From contig JBCLGS010000001.1 in NCBI GenBank assembly GCA_039740895.1, positions 4,013 through 68,012 of the forward strand: DNA of 64,000 nucleotides, written 5' to 3'. The stretch is from Parcubacteria group bacterium. GTDB taxonomy: Bacteria > Patescibacteriota > Minisyncoccia > Phycocordibacterales > DATDWN01. Within the stretch, counting starts at the first letter, position 1. Every line of letters starts with the position of its first letter. Below, one piece after another: positions 8,853 through 17,012 of this stretch. The notes below the pieces were generated by a model. That model worked only from the letters and a program-made list of their open reading frames with translations, ran no database searches and was not told the DNA's origin. Both the position numbers and the translations under genes were made by a program.

Positions 8853-8890
8853 TATTATTCGTAACCATTCGTGTATTGATTCGTTATTTC
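8853..8890. repeat. ACGAAT-repeat element, copy D3 (inverted relative to D1)
   Basis: tattcgtaaccattcgtgtattgattcgttatttcgta lies between rpoA stop and rplQ start. Confidence 0.7.
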
Positions 8891-8896
8891 GTATAT

Positions 8897-9859
8897 TTAT
8901 TTTAAATTTATTCCGAAACCATTTAATATTTCTTTAATCTCATTCAAACCCTTTGAACCCAAGCCATCAATCTCTAAAATATCCTTTTCTTTCTTTCTTG
9001 CAAGTCCTCCAACTGTTCGAATGTTTGCGTTTGCAAGTGCATTCTGTGTTCTGACTGAAAAATTTAATGTTTCGATTCGTGTTTTTAATGAATCTTCATC
9101 GATCTCTGAATCCGCTTTACTGACTTTTTTGTCTCCTTCCTTGTAGTCAGTAGCGAAAACTTCATCTTCTTTGAAGCCAATAATGGCCTTAAGTTGATTT
9201 ATCATTGTATCGATTGATTTCTCAAGAGCTTCTTTCGGAGAAATTGTTCCGTCTGTTTCAATAAGAATTTTTAGTCTGTTGAAATCTGTTCTTTCTCCAA
9301 CTCGCATATTCTCTACTTCATAACTAACTCGTCTTATAGGTGAAAAAATAGCGTCAAGAGTAATGAATCCAATATCAACTCGGTTTTTCTGTAATGTGTC
9401 TTTTGATATAAATCCAAGTCCTTTTTCTGCGTGGATTTCCATATCAAGCTCAGCTGTCTTATCTGTCATCGTAGCAATGACAAGCTCTGGGTTTAGGATT
9501 TCAACACCACCTGAAACTTTGATGTCTCTGGCTGTAACATCCTTAATACCCTTCACTTTTAATGTAAAAACTTGAGGTTCATCGCTAATGATTCGAATTC
9601 TAACTTTCTTAAGATTAAGCAAGATACCAACGGCATCCTCTTTAACACCAGGAATAACTGAAAACTCATGATTAATACCCTCAATTTTGATTGAGGTTAT
9701 AGCACTTCCTTCTAGAGATGACAAAATAATTCTTCGGAGAGAGTTCCCAAGGGTATGTCCATAACCAGGGTATAGTCCATCAATCTCGTAAGAGCCGACG
9801 AAATCTACTTCTGATACAATCTTTGGCTTCGATGGTAAAATAATTGTATTGTCAAACAT
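8897..9859 (-). CDS. rpoA: DNA-directed RNA polymerase subunit alpha
   Basis: N-terminal assembly domain (GHTLGNSLRRILLSS-like) and C-terminal HhH domain (LNFSVRTQNALANANIRTVGGL). Confidence 0.95.
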   Translation of the reverse strand: MFDNTIILPSKPKIVSEVDFVGSYEIDGLYPGYGHTLGNSLRRIILSSLEGSAITSIKIEGINHEFSVIPGVKEDAVGILLNLKKVRIRIISDEPQVFTLKVKGIKDVTARDIKVSGGVEILNPELVIATMTDKTAELDMEIHAEKGLGFISKDTLQKNRVDIGFITLDAIFSPIRRVSYEVENMRVGERTDFNRLKILIETDGTISPKEALEKSIDTMINQLKAIIGFKEDEVFATDYKEGDKKVSKADSEIDEDSLKTRIETLNFSVRTQNALANANIRTVGGLARKKEKDILEIDGLGSKGLNEIKEILNGFGINLK

Positions 9860-9941
9860 AAAATTTAATTAATATTAGATTATATTATTATATAAAAGCT
9901 TGTAAATTCTACACTAATTTTATAAATAAAGCAAGTTTTTT

Positions 9942-10067
9942 AAAACTTCCAAATTTAGCCAAGATCAAGTATAAAATTTGAAAAAGAATTGGAGCCTACC
10001 TGAGTGCGTAGGTGACGATTCTTTTTCAAATTTTAGACGATGAGATTGGTTATAATTTGGGAGTTTT
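9942..10067. repeat. Structured intergenic element A2
   Basis: 17-bp perfect arm aaaatttgaaaaagaat / attctttttcaaatttt and hairpin gcctac-CTGAGTGC-gtaggt. Its end overlaps the rpsD stop. Confidence 0.8.
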
Positions 10068-10674
10068 ATCTACTATAGAACTCAATTACGGTATTAAGAT
10101 CAAACATATTATCGGACTGAACATACACTGGTGCACCCGTAATCTCGGCAACCTTCTTGATTATGTCAAACTTGATCCATGAAGGTGTTGTTACACTTTT
10201 CAATCTCTCATCAACATTTGCAAATAATGGTTTTGTCTTTGAACTCTCACGGATTTCAATCTTATCACCTATTTTCACTCGAATTGAAGGTATATCTACT
10301 CGCTTTCCGTTTACAAGAATGTGGCCGTGAGAAACAATCTGTCGACTACCAAGTCTTGTATTTGAAAGACCTATTCTACATATAACATTGTCCAGTCGTG
10401 TCTCTAGAAATTCAAAAATAGTTTGTGATTTGTTTGATGATTTCTTTGAAAGAGCCTCTTTAACATAATTTGAAAATGTTTTTTCTGTAAGACCATAAAT
10501 AAATCTAGCTTTTTGCTTTTCTGTTTGCTGTAGAGAATATTCAGATTTTGGTTTAGAAAATCCTTTCTTCCTGCCTTTTCTTTCCATTCTAAGTGCGTAT
10601 TTTTGAGTTTGAGTTTTCTCAAAAATTGGTGCTCCTAGGCGTCGTGCTATTTTGTATTTTGGTCCGATTATCAT
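10066..10674 (-). CDS. rpsD: 30S ribosomal protein S4
   Basis: MIIGPKYKIARRLG N-terminus and an S4 RNA-binding domain (RLDNVICRIGL...SRQIVSHGHILVNG). Confidence 0.95.
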   Translation of the reverse strand: MIIGPKYKIARRLGAPIFEKTQTQKYALRMERKGRKKGFSKPKSEYSLQQTEKQKARFIYGLTEKTFSNYVKEALSKKSSNKSQTIFEFLETRLDNVICRIGLSNTRLGSRQIVSHGHILVNGKRVDIPSIRVKIGDKIEIRESSKTKPLFANVDERLKSVTTPSWIKFDIIKKVAEITGAPVYVQSDNMFDLNTVIEFYSR

Positions 10675-10696
10675 AATATGTTTATTAATTTATTTA

Positions 10697-10822
10697 AAAA
10701 CTTTCAAATTTGTTCAAGATCGCGTATAAAATCTGGAATTGAATTGAAGACGTACTGAGTGCTACGTCGCCAATTCAATTCTGGATTTTAGACGATGAGA
10801 TTGGACATAATTTGAATGTTTT
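10697..10822. repeat. Structured intergenic element A3
   Basis: Same architecture with different arms (ctggaattgaattg / caattcaattctgg) and hairpin gacgta-CTGAGTGC-tacgtc (10749-10768). Its end overlaps the rpsK stop. Confidence 0.8.
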
Positions 10823-11252
10823 ATACTCTTCGTGACTTCTTAGGTTTGGGTCCATTATGTGGAACTGGAGTAACATCCTTGATTCCTGTTATGCTGATTC
10901 CTTTTGAAATAAATCCTCTGATTCCTGACTCTCGTCCTGAACCTACACCTTTTACAATAACTGCAACTTCTCGCATACCCATTGTTGCTGCCTTGCCTCC
11001 GAGGATTTCACCAACCTTTGCTGCTGCAAATGGAGTACCTTTCTTGGCACCCTTGAAGCCGATTGATCCACTTGAAGATGAACCTAGGACATTACCTTTG
11101 GTGTCTGTAAGGACGATTTTGGTGTTGTTGTATGTAGACTGGATGTATAGTCGGCCAACTTCAACTTTCTTTTTTGAGACAGCTAAAACCGGAGTAGCTT
11201 TTACTTCTCCTTCAGTATCACTTCCAGTTTTTACGATTCGTTTTTTTCCCAT
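10821..11252 (-). CDS. rpsK: 30S ribosomal protein S11
   Basis: GRLYIQSTYNNTKIVLTDTKGNVL...GFKGAKKGTPFAA. Confidence 0.95.
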   Translation of the reverse strand: MGKKRIVKTGSDTEGEVKATPVLAVSKKKVEVGRLYIQSTYNNTKIVLTDTKGNVLGSSSSGSIGFKGAKKGTPFAAAKVGEILGGKAATMGMREVAVIVKGVGSGRESGIRGFISKGISITGIKDVTPVPHNGPKPKKSRRV

Positions 11253-11267
11253 TTTATTAATTTATTT

Positions 11268-11451
11268 AAAAACTTTCAAATTTGTTCAAGATCGCGTATA
11301 AAATCTGGAATTGAATTGAAGACGTACTGAGTGCTACGTCGCCAATTCAATTCTGGATTTTAGACGATGCTCCATTGTTTTCTTATGAGCAAAGCGAGTT
11401 AGAAAACAAGCAGTACCCTTGTGGCAAGATTGGACATAATTTGGAACTTTT
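11268..11451. repeat. Structured intergenic element A4 with nested 57-nt insertion (11370-11426)
   Basis: Near-identical to A3 over the first ~100 nt, then a 57-nt insert between gacgatg and agattgg. Its end overlaps the rpsM stop. Confidence 0.8.
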
Positions 11452-11830
11452 ACTTCTTATCGGCAGCTTTCTTGCCAGACGCCATCGTCTTTCTGACATT
11501 TCCTCGTCTTGTTCTGGAATTTGTTTTTGTTCTTTGTCCTCGTGATGGAAGACCTTTTGCATGTCTGGTTCCTCGGTAAGTTTTGATATCCTTTAGTTGC
11601 TTTATGTTTCTAGCAACTTCACGTTTCAAATCTCCTTCTATTTTATACTCTTCTATAATCTTTCGAATTGTATTTTCTTGGTCAACCGTTATCTCTTTTG
11701 GCTTTAAACCGTGAGGAACCTTTGCCTTATCTAATATAGTATGTGCAAGAGGTCGTCCAATACCATAGAGGACTGTTAATCCAATTTCAATTCTTTTTTC
11801 TTCCGGTAATGTGATTCCAAGTATTCTCAT
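11450..11830 (-). CDS. rpsM: 30S ribosomal protein S13
   Basis: MRILGITLPEEKRIEIGLTVLYGIG N-terminus and a basic C-terminus. Confidence 0.95.
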   Translation of the reverse strand: MRILGITLPEEKRIEIGLTVLYGIGRPLAHTILDKAKVPHGLKPKEITVDQENTIRKIIEEYKIEGDLKREVARNIKQLKDIKTYRGTRHAKGLPSRGQRTKTNSRTRRGNVRKTMASGKKAADKK

Positions 11831-11870
11831 TTTATATTTTTATATTTTTTACTTTATTTTAAATCCTGTG

Positions 11871-11988
11871 AAATTTCAAATATGGATGAAATCCGAGGCG
11901 GACGAGAATTTTGTTTGGAGCCGTACTTATCGTACGGTGACAAACAAAATTTGAAGTCCAACGATGGAGTTCGCCATATTTGAAATTT
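11871..11988. repeat. Structured intergenic element B1
   Basis: 15-bp perfect terminal inverted repeat aaatttcaaatatgg / ccatatttgaaattt and central hairpin ccgtac-ttatc-gtacgg. Related copy at 59182-59305. Confidence 0.75.
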
Positions 11989-12104
11989 TACCCTTGGCGC
12001 TGTTTGTGTCGGGCGTTGGATTTGCATGTAATATAAACATAGCCCTTTCTTCGGACTACTTGGCATTGCGCACATATTTTTTTAACTGATGATTTTACTT
12101 TCAT
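11988..12104 (-). CDS. rpmJ: 50S ribosomal protein L36 (not in ORF track)
   Basis: Hand translation: [38 protein letters not shown]. Sits between infA and rpsM as expected. Confidence 0.9.
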   Translation of the reverse strand: MKVKSSVKKICAQCQVVRRKGYVYITCKSNARHKQRQG

Positions 12105-12106
12105 AT

Positions 12107-12140
12107 TACGAATTATCACGAATTTATCGAATATACGAAT
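12107..12140. repeat. ACGAAT-repeat element, copy D4 (diverged)
   Basis: tacgaattatcacgaatttatcgaatatacgaat has four CGAAT units at 8-10 nt spacing and fills the infA-rpmJ gap. Confidence 0.5.
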
Positions 12141-12141
12141 G

Positions 12142-12360
12142 CTACATTCTTTTGACTATTCTTCCTTTACCTCCGTATGGGTCTATTTCTACCACGACCT
12201 TGTCTCCTATCAAAACTCTGATTCTATGCAGTCGCATTTTACCAGACAGATAACAAAGAATCTCCTCATCATCACTTTTTCTCACTCTGAAAAAAGCGTT
12301 GGGTAAGGCTTCCGTAACCGTACCTATTATACTGTTATCTTTTTTACTTTGATCGTGCAT
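12142..12360 (-). CDS. infA: Translation initiation factor IF-1
   Basis: S1-like fold sequence [14 protein letters not shown]...[18 protein letters not shown]. Confidence 0.95.
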   Translation of the reverse strand: MHDQSKKDNSIIGTVTEALPNAFFRVRKSDDEEILCYLSGKMRLHRIRVLIGDKVVVEIDPYGGKGRIVKRM

Positions 12361-12481
12361 TTGTGCTTTTAAAGCGTTTCAAAACTACGAGGTACATACT
12401 AGCAGAAAAGCACTATATTAGTCAATACCTTATAGTATTCTTAATAACAAAATCTCAAAAATAGCCTCAAAATGTTCTTGC

Positions 12482-13060
12482 TTACAGCAAAACATTATTG
12501 ATGCATGATTTTTGTTGTGCAAAAATCAAAAACTCCCTATTTTTGCCCTTCTCGCCGAGGATTGGTGATTCTGTTTCAGAAAGGATTTCGAGACCGAGGG
12601 ATTTTAATTTTTCTCTAACTTTTTCCAAAACTTCCGGAATAAACTCCTCCTCTAGCTTCCCTTTACGAATCATTCTTTGCTCCGCCTCATAGTGTGGCTT
12701 TAGCAATACTATAATATGCCCACCTTCTTTCAAATTTAGCAGAACATTTGGAATGACTTTTTCTAATTTGGTCCAGCTGGTGTCCACAGATATTAAGTCT
12801 GGCTTTTCTGGTAGCAAAACATGCATGGCATTGTTTCTCTCTAGCACTACCACTCTTTTGTCCTTTCGAAGCTTCCAGTCCAAAACGCCATAGCCAGTCT
12901 CTACTGCATAAACCTTTAGAGCACCGTTCTGAAGTAGACAATCAACGAAACCGCCCGTACTGGAGCCAAAATCAGCACAAATAAGACCCTTGGGGCTAAA
13001 TCCAAAGGTTTTTAAGGCATGTTCCATCTTCTCCCCGGCACGAGATACATATATAGTCAT
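12482..13060 (-). CDS. tlyA: TlyA/FtsJ-like rRNA methyltransferase
   Basis: SAM-binding DFGSSTGGFVDCLLQNGA. The start is taken at Met44 (13060) because upstream codons are encoded by palindromic element C4. The last codons and stop lie in a 30-nt palindrome shared with mnmA. Confidence 0.75.
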   Translation of the reverse strand: MTIYVSRAGEKMEHALKTFGFSPKGLICADFGSSTGGFVDCLLQNGALKVYAVETGYGVLDWKLRKDKRVVVLERNNAMHVLLPEKPDLISVDTSWTKLEKVIPNVLLNLKEGGHIIVLLKPHYEAEQRMIRKGKLEEEFIPEVLEKVREKLKSLGLEILSETESPILGEKGKNREFLIFAQQKSCINNVLL

Positions 13061-13260
13061 TTGAATATATTTTTTAAGACACGCATAAAGCCTTGGTTGG
13101 CTTTTGCTATGCTCGGATATCAAGAAAACAATATACTCGATACATAGCCCTTTCGCAAACTCCTCGTCGAGTACGACTTCGTCAAACAATGCTTCGGGCT
13201 TATTTCATCTTCGTATTTGTTTTCTAATATCCTGTGCAATGTCTTAAAAAATATATTCAA
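13061..13260 (-). repeat. Structured palindromic element C4 (homolog of C1, inverted, core absent)
   Basis: 21-bp perfect terminal inverted repeat ttgaatatattttttaagaca / tgtcttaaaaaatatattcaa. The reverse complement aligns with both C1 arms but joins cgacgagg directly to agtttgcga. Confidence 0.8.
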
Positions 13261-13265
13261 ATGTC

Positions 13266-14660
13266 CTACTGACTAAGAGTATTTACCAACTTCACTTTAT
13301 TAGGATCATTAGGAATTATCTTATTCCAAATTGGCTGTATTTTTATCCATGATTCTTTGATTGATTTATAGTTTGAAATTACAATTCTAGCTTTGTCATC
13401 CGAAAGACCAAGAAGATCTGATTTTAATTTATTTTCATCAAATATCCATTCAAACTTGGCGTCTCCCTTTAATGTAAAATCCAATGTATTTGAGGTGTTT
13501 GATTCAAATGTGGAATCTGTTGGATATGAAAATTCAAAACTTTCTAGATTTGAAATTTTTACCATATCGACTGTCATACTAGCCAATGCCTTACTTATTA
13601 TCGCTCTAGACAAAGAACCTTTATCAAAAATTATTGCAATCGCCGTGCCTTTCTTTCTTAACACAGCACTATTTTCTGCACCAGGTTCTGTTGCCTGTGT
13701 AATAGCTGAATAAACATAAGAAATACTACCTGTGTACAAAACGAAATTAGCTGGAATTTGAGACAATATTTCTCTTGAAAGGTACTCTTTAACTTTTGCC
13801 TCAAGTTCTGCCTCGGTAGCTTTCAAGACACCACCCTCCACCACTTTTTGCATACCTTCAAAACCTCCAGACATAGGTGTTTTAGATCTGGCATATATTT
13901 TTGAAAAACGAGGGTCACTTTTAAATCCAGGAATAGTAAAATCCTTTAATCCAACATTGTATTTATCACCAGGAGCATCTGCATATACATCAACCAAAAC
14001 ACTTCCAGCAATTGCCGTCTTACCTGGAATGTTTATTGCGCCAACAGATTTGAATATTAGACCTTCTAGTGTCTGAAATCTTGTGTTTATTAATAGTTTT
14101 TGAGGCTCAACACTATAGTTGTTATAAACCATGATCTGTCCTGTAGCTTTTCGGCTAACTTTTTGTTCGCTAGTGGCCGATACTGTCTTTTCCATATCTT
14201 TACTTAATACGACAGTCTGAAACGCTAAACCTCCATTATTGTTGTCTTTTTTAGCAGTAAATTTCTCATCAAATGTAACTATCTCATTCTTTGGAGTGAC
14301 TCCCACTATAGCACTTTTAAATAATGCTGATATTCCAAACACTAGAGCAATTACAAATAGCAGAATTGCTCCATATAATATTTTCTTTGATGACTTTGGT
14401 CTATCTTCATATTCAAAAGCGTATTTTTCCACTTCAACTTTATTAGATTTTGGAGGAATTTTTATTTCTTCCTTCTCAATTTTGATACCAACACTTCTTC
14501 CTAAAGGAGAAACTTTTTTGGGTTTGATATCAGAAAAAGCAACAGCGCTTGAATCTGGGGTTATTCGCTCTCGTCTTGAAGGAATACCGACATTTCGAAT
14601 TGATCTGTGTGCCGGCACAATATCTTGAACTAATTTTTTTTTAGGTTTTATATCATCCAT
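13266..14660 (-). CDS. Hypothetical membrane-anchored protein (464 aa)
   Basis: Single predicted TM segment (ILYGAILLFVIALVFGISALF) after a basic N-terminus. Sits downstream of an actin-like ATPase gene. Confidence 0.6.
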   Translation of the reverse strand: MDDIKPKKKLVQDIVPAHRSIRNVGIPSRRERITPDSSAVAFSDIKPKKVSPLGRSVGIKIEKEEIKIPPKSNKVEVEKYAFEYEDRPKSSKKILYGAILLFVIALVFGISALFKSAIVGVTPKNEIVTFDEKFTAKKDNNNGGLAFQTVVLSKDMEKTVSATSEQKVSRKATGQIMVYNNYSVEPQKLLINTRFQTLEGLIFKSVGAINIPGKTAIAGSVLVDVYADAPGDKYNVGLKDFTIPGFKSDPRFSKIYARSKTPMSGGFEGMQKVVEGGVLKATEAELEAKVKEYLSREILSQIPANFVLYTGSISYVYSAITQATEPGAENSAVLRKKGTAIAIIFDKGSLSRAIISKALASMTVDMVKISNLESFEFSYPTDSTFESNTSNTLDFTLKGDAKFEWIFDENKLKSDLLGLSDDKARIVISNYKSIKESWIKIQPIWNKIIPNDPNKVKLVNTLSQ

Positions 14661-14730
14661 AAACTAATTACATTCTAACTTAAACTACTCCAATTGCAAA
14701 ATAAATATGTTGATAAAAATAATTTGGGAA

Positions 14731-15927
14731 TTATTTTTTTATAATCTTGCTTAAGAAAACCGCAAGTAGTCCGATAAATTCATCTGATATTACTCTAGGG
14801 TCACATTCATATATTTGTGAAAGAATTTCATTATTTATGTGAATCACATTTGCATTCTTTCTAAAATTTAAAGTTAAACCAGTTTTAGGTAGTTTGATAC
14901 AATCAGAATAAAATGATGCTACATCGTCATCTGCTGTCAAAAATATTTTCGAGGGTAGCACCATATTGGAAGATAAGTCTAAAAGCGCGTCTTCTAAATA
15001 AATGGACCATTCTTTTTCCACATCTGTTAATACTTCATATACAGTATCTTTACTTTTATCATCAATCTTCTCTAGCATATAAAGTCGAAACATTGACTGG
15101 GCTAATTTATGGGATATATTTAGTTTTTTAGAAATTTGCCTAATGATAAAATTTCTACCAGAAAGAAACGATGTATTTTTTATCAAGACTCCACTCTGCA
15201 CGAGACTTATATCGGTCGTCTCTCCTGTCACATCCATGATAATAAAATCATTATCAGAAACAAAAAAATCTCTAATGACTAAGAAAGAAACGAGTGAAAA
15301 TGAGTGCAAAGATATATCTTCATCAGAAAGACCTGTGTGTTTAGAAACTATTGAACGAACTTTACCAGCAACAGCTTTTGATACTGCGGACAGACAGACA
15401 GAAGCATCAAGAATATTTGTTTTTTTCCCAATAATATTTTTTAATGAATAATCATTTAATCTTGAAGAAACAATTGTCTTATCGAGTACTTCAATAGAAT
15501 TGGTATGCAGACTTTTTAATGTTTCGCTTTCTAATTCATTTTTGAAAACAACCTCTTCTTTATTAATAACATCATTAATAAACGCCTCTGTAACTATAAA
15601 AGGTTTTTCTTCAGAAATATGAATTAATTTTGTATTAAGCACTATCCAAGGAGAAGAGAATGAGACTACGACATTTGATATTTTTGTATGTTTTTTGGCC
15701 TGATCTTTAGATATATCGCTCAAAATATCATTCAGTAGCCCGTACATATTATTCGCTAATTTTGTGTTGCTTTGTATATCTACTATATCAAATGCTTTTC
15801 TAGAACAATATAAGATTTTTGTTTTTTTAAAAGGAGAGGAAATAGCAATAGCTCCTGCAATACTTCCATTGCCGATATCAACTAATAAGGAGAGGTTTTG
15901 TTTTTTTCCGAATATATTTTCAAACAT
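14731..15927 (-). CDS. Actin-like ATPase, FtsA/PilM family
   Basis: Phosphate-1-like LLVDIGNGSIAG and IIMDVTGETTDISLV motifs. Confidence 0.55.
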   Translation of the reverse strand: MFENIFGKKQNLSLLVDIGNGSIAGAIAISSPFKKTKILYCSRKAFDIVDIQSNTKLANNMYGLLNDILSDISKDQAKKHTKISNVVVSFSSPWIVLNTKLIHISEEKPFIVTEAFINDVINKEEVVFKNELESETLKSLHTNSIEVLDKTIVSSRLNDYSLKNIIGKKTNILDASVCLSAVSKAVAGKVRSIVSKHTGLSDEDISLHSFSLVSFLVIRDFFVSDNDFIIMDVTGETTDISLVQSGVLIKNTSFLSGRNFIIRQISKKLNISHKLAQSMFRLYMLEKIDDKSKDTVYEVLTDVEKEWSIYLEDALLDLSSNMVLPSKIFLTADDDVASFYSDCIKLPKTGLTLNFRKNANVIHINNEILSQIYECDPRVISDEFIGLLAVFLSKIIKK

Positions 15928-15964
15928 AAGTTTTATTATACCATATCTCTATTTGTTATTTATT

Positions 15965-16600
15965 TTACTTAAGCATTTTTAAAAGTATAGGGTAGATTCT
16001 ATCAGCAATTTTTTGGTTTCCGATATCGTTTGGATGAATAGAATCCGCCATATATCTATCATCTGCTATTAAACCATCTAAAACATTTGAAACAAAAGCT
16101 GTATGATATTTATCTCTCAATTTTTCGAATTCGGTATCAAATTTATCACTCAGTATTCCACCTCTAATTCCAAGGAGTACCACAATAGTGCCTCTTCTTT
16201 GGAGGTCGGCGATTATTTTCTCCAAATCAATAAATGTTTCTTCTTTGGGAATTTTTTTTAAATAATCATTTCCACCAAAAAGAAGTAGGACAATTTTTGG
16301 ATGATATTTATCAAATTGGTTTAATCGAGCTATCCCGTCTGCTGTAGTATTTCCAGAAATTCCTAAGTTGATTATAGGGATACCTATTTTTTTTGAAAGA
16401 AGCGACACAAAATTTTTACTTTCGCTCGACGCTCCTGTTCCTACAATTAAACTATCTCCGAAAGCAATGATATCTGTTCCACTGGAAGGATAATTGACTA
16501 TTTTATCTTCTCGAATAAATTTGAAATAAAAAATAGCAAACAAAATAAATACGATTGAAACACATATAGCGTAAATGACTTTTTTGTTTATGGAATACAT
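15965..16600 (-). CDS. SGNH/GDSL hydrolase
   Basis: Block I FGDSL, block III GGNDY, block V DSIHPN, with an N-terminal TM anchor. Confidence 0.85.
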   Translation of the reverse strand: MYSINKKVIYAICVSIVFILFAIFYFKFIREDKIVNYPSSGTDIIAFGDSLIVGTGASSESKNFVSLLSKKIGIPIINLGISGNTTADGIARLNQFDKYHPKIVLLLFGGNDYLKKIPKEETFIDLEKIIADLQRRGTIVVLLGIRGGILSDKFDTEFEKLRDKYHTAFVSNVLDGLIADDRYMADSIHPNDIGNQKIADRIYPILLKMLK

Positions 16601-16966
16601 ATGATTATGGCTGTATCAAAGAAATTAGCTCTTTTTCTGACAAAACAGGAACTCCTTCTTTTAATGCTTTTTGGTACTTACTTCCAGGCTCATTTCCTAC
16701 TACTACGAATGAAGTCTGTTTTGAAACACTTTCTGTAATTTTCCCACCAAGTTCTTTAATTTTTTTCTTGGCATCATCACGACTCATTGTTTCAAGTGTA
16801 CCAGTAATGACAAAAGTTTTGCCAGCTAATTTCTGACTTATAGTCTGAGATTTATACGGTAATATAGAGACTCCATTTTTGAAAAGTTTTTCTATAAATT
16901 TCAAATTATCTTTATTTCGGAAATATTCAAAGACACTTTTAGAAACCACTGGTCCTATATTTTCAA
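16599..16966. repeat. 368-bp direct repeat, left copy (duplicate of ligA 3' end)
   Basis: Matches 18445-18812 at an offset of 1846. Both boundaries were mapped by eye and the encoded residues are identical. Confidence 0.85.
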
Positions 16967-16970
16967 ACAT
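16605..16970 (-). CDS. Stand-alone BRCT-domain ORF, chimeric duplicate of the LigA C-terminus
   Basis: The last 119 residues are identical to the LigA C-terminus. The first codons MFENI and upstream sequence match the start region of gene 14731-15927. Confidence 0.6.
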   Translation of the reverse strand: MFENIGPVVSKSVFEYFRNKDNLKFIEKLFKNGVSILPYKSQTISQKLAGKTFVITGTLETMSRDDAKKKIKELGGKITESVSKQTSFVVVGNEPGSKYQKALKEGVPVLSEKELISLIQP

Positions 16971-17012
16971 AAGTTTTATTATAACATATCTTGATACGAT
17001 TTTTTTATAATT

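Noticed and set aside
8372-11451. ORF-followed-by-imperfect-palindrome architecture reminiscent of integron gene cassettes with attC sites.
   Set aside because: The termini (TAAAAC.. / ..GTTTAT) do not fit the RYYYAAC / GTTRRRY core sites. There is no intI or attI, and the genes are the universally syntenic ribosomal-protein cluster.
11919-11943. The family-B hairpin GGAGCCGUAC-UUAUC-GUACGGUGAC resembles the lower helix of group II intron domain V (GAGCCGUAU...GUACGGUUC).
   Set aside because: The upper helix, GNRA loop and AC bulge of domain V are missing. The second copy (59229-59249) has AAACCGUAC, so the AGC triad is not conserved. No other intron domains or RT/maturase ORF are present.
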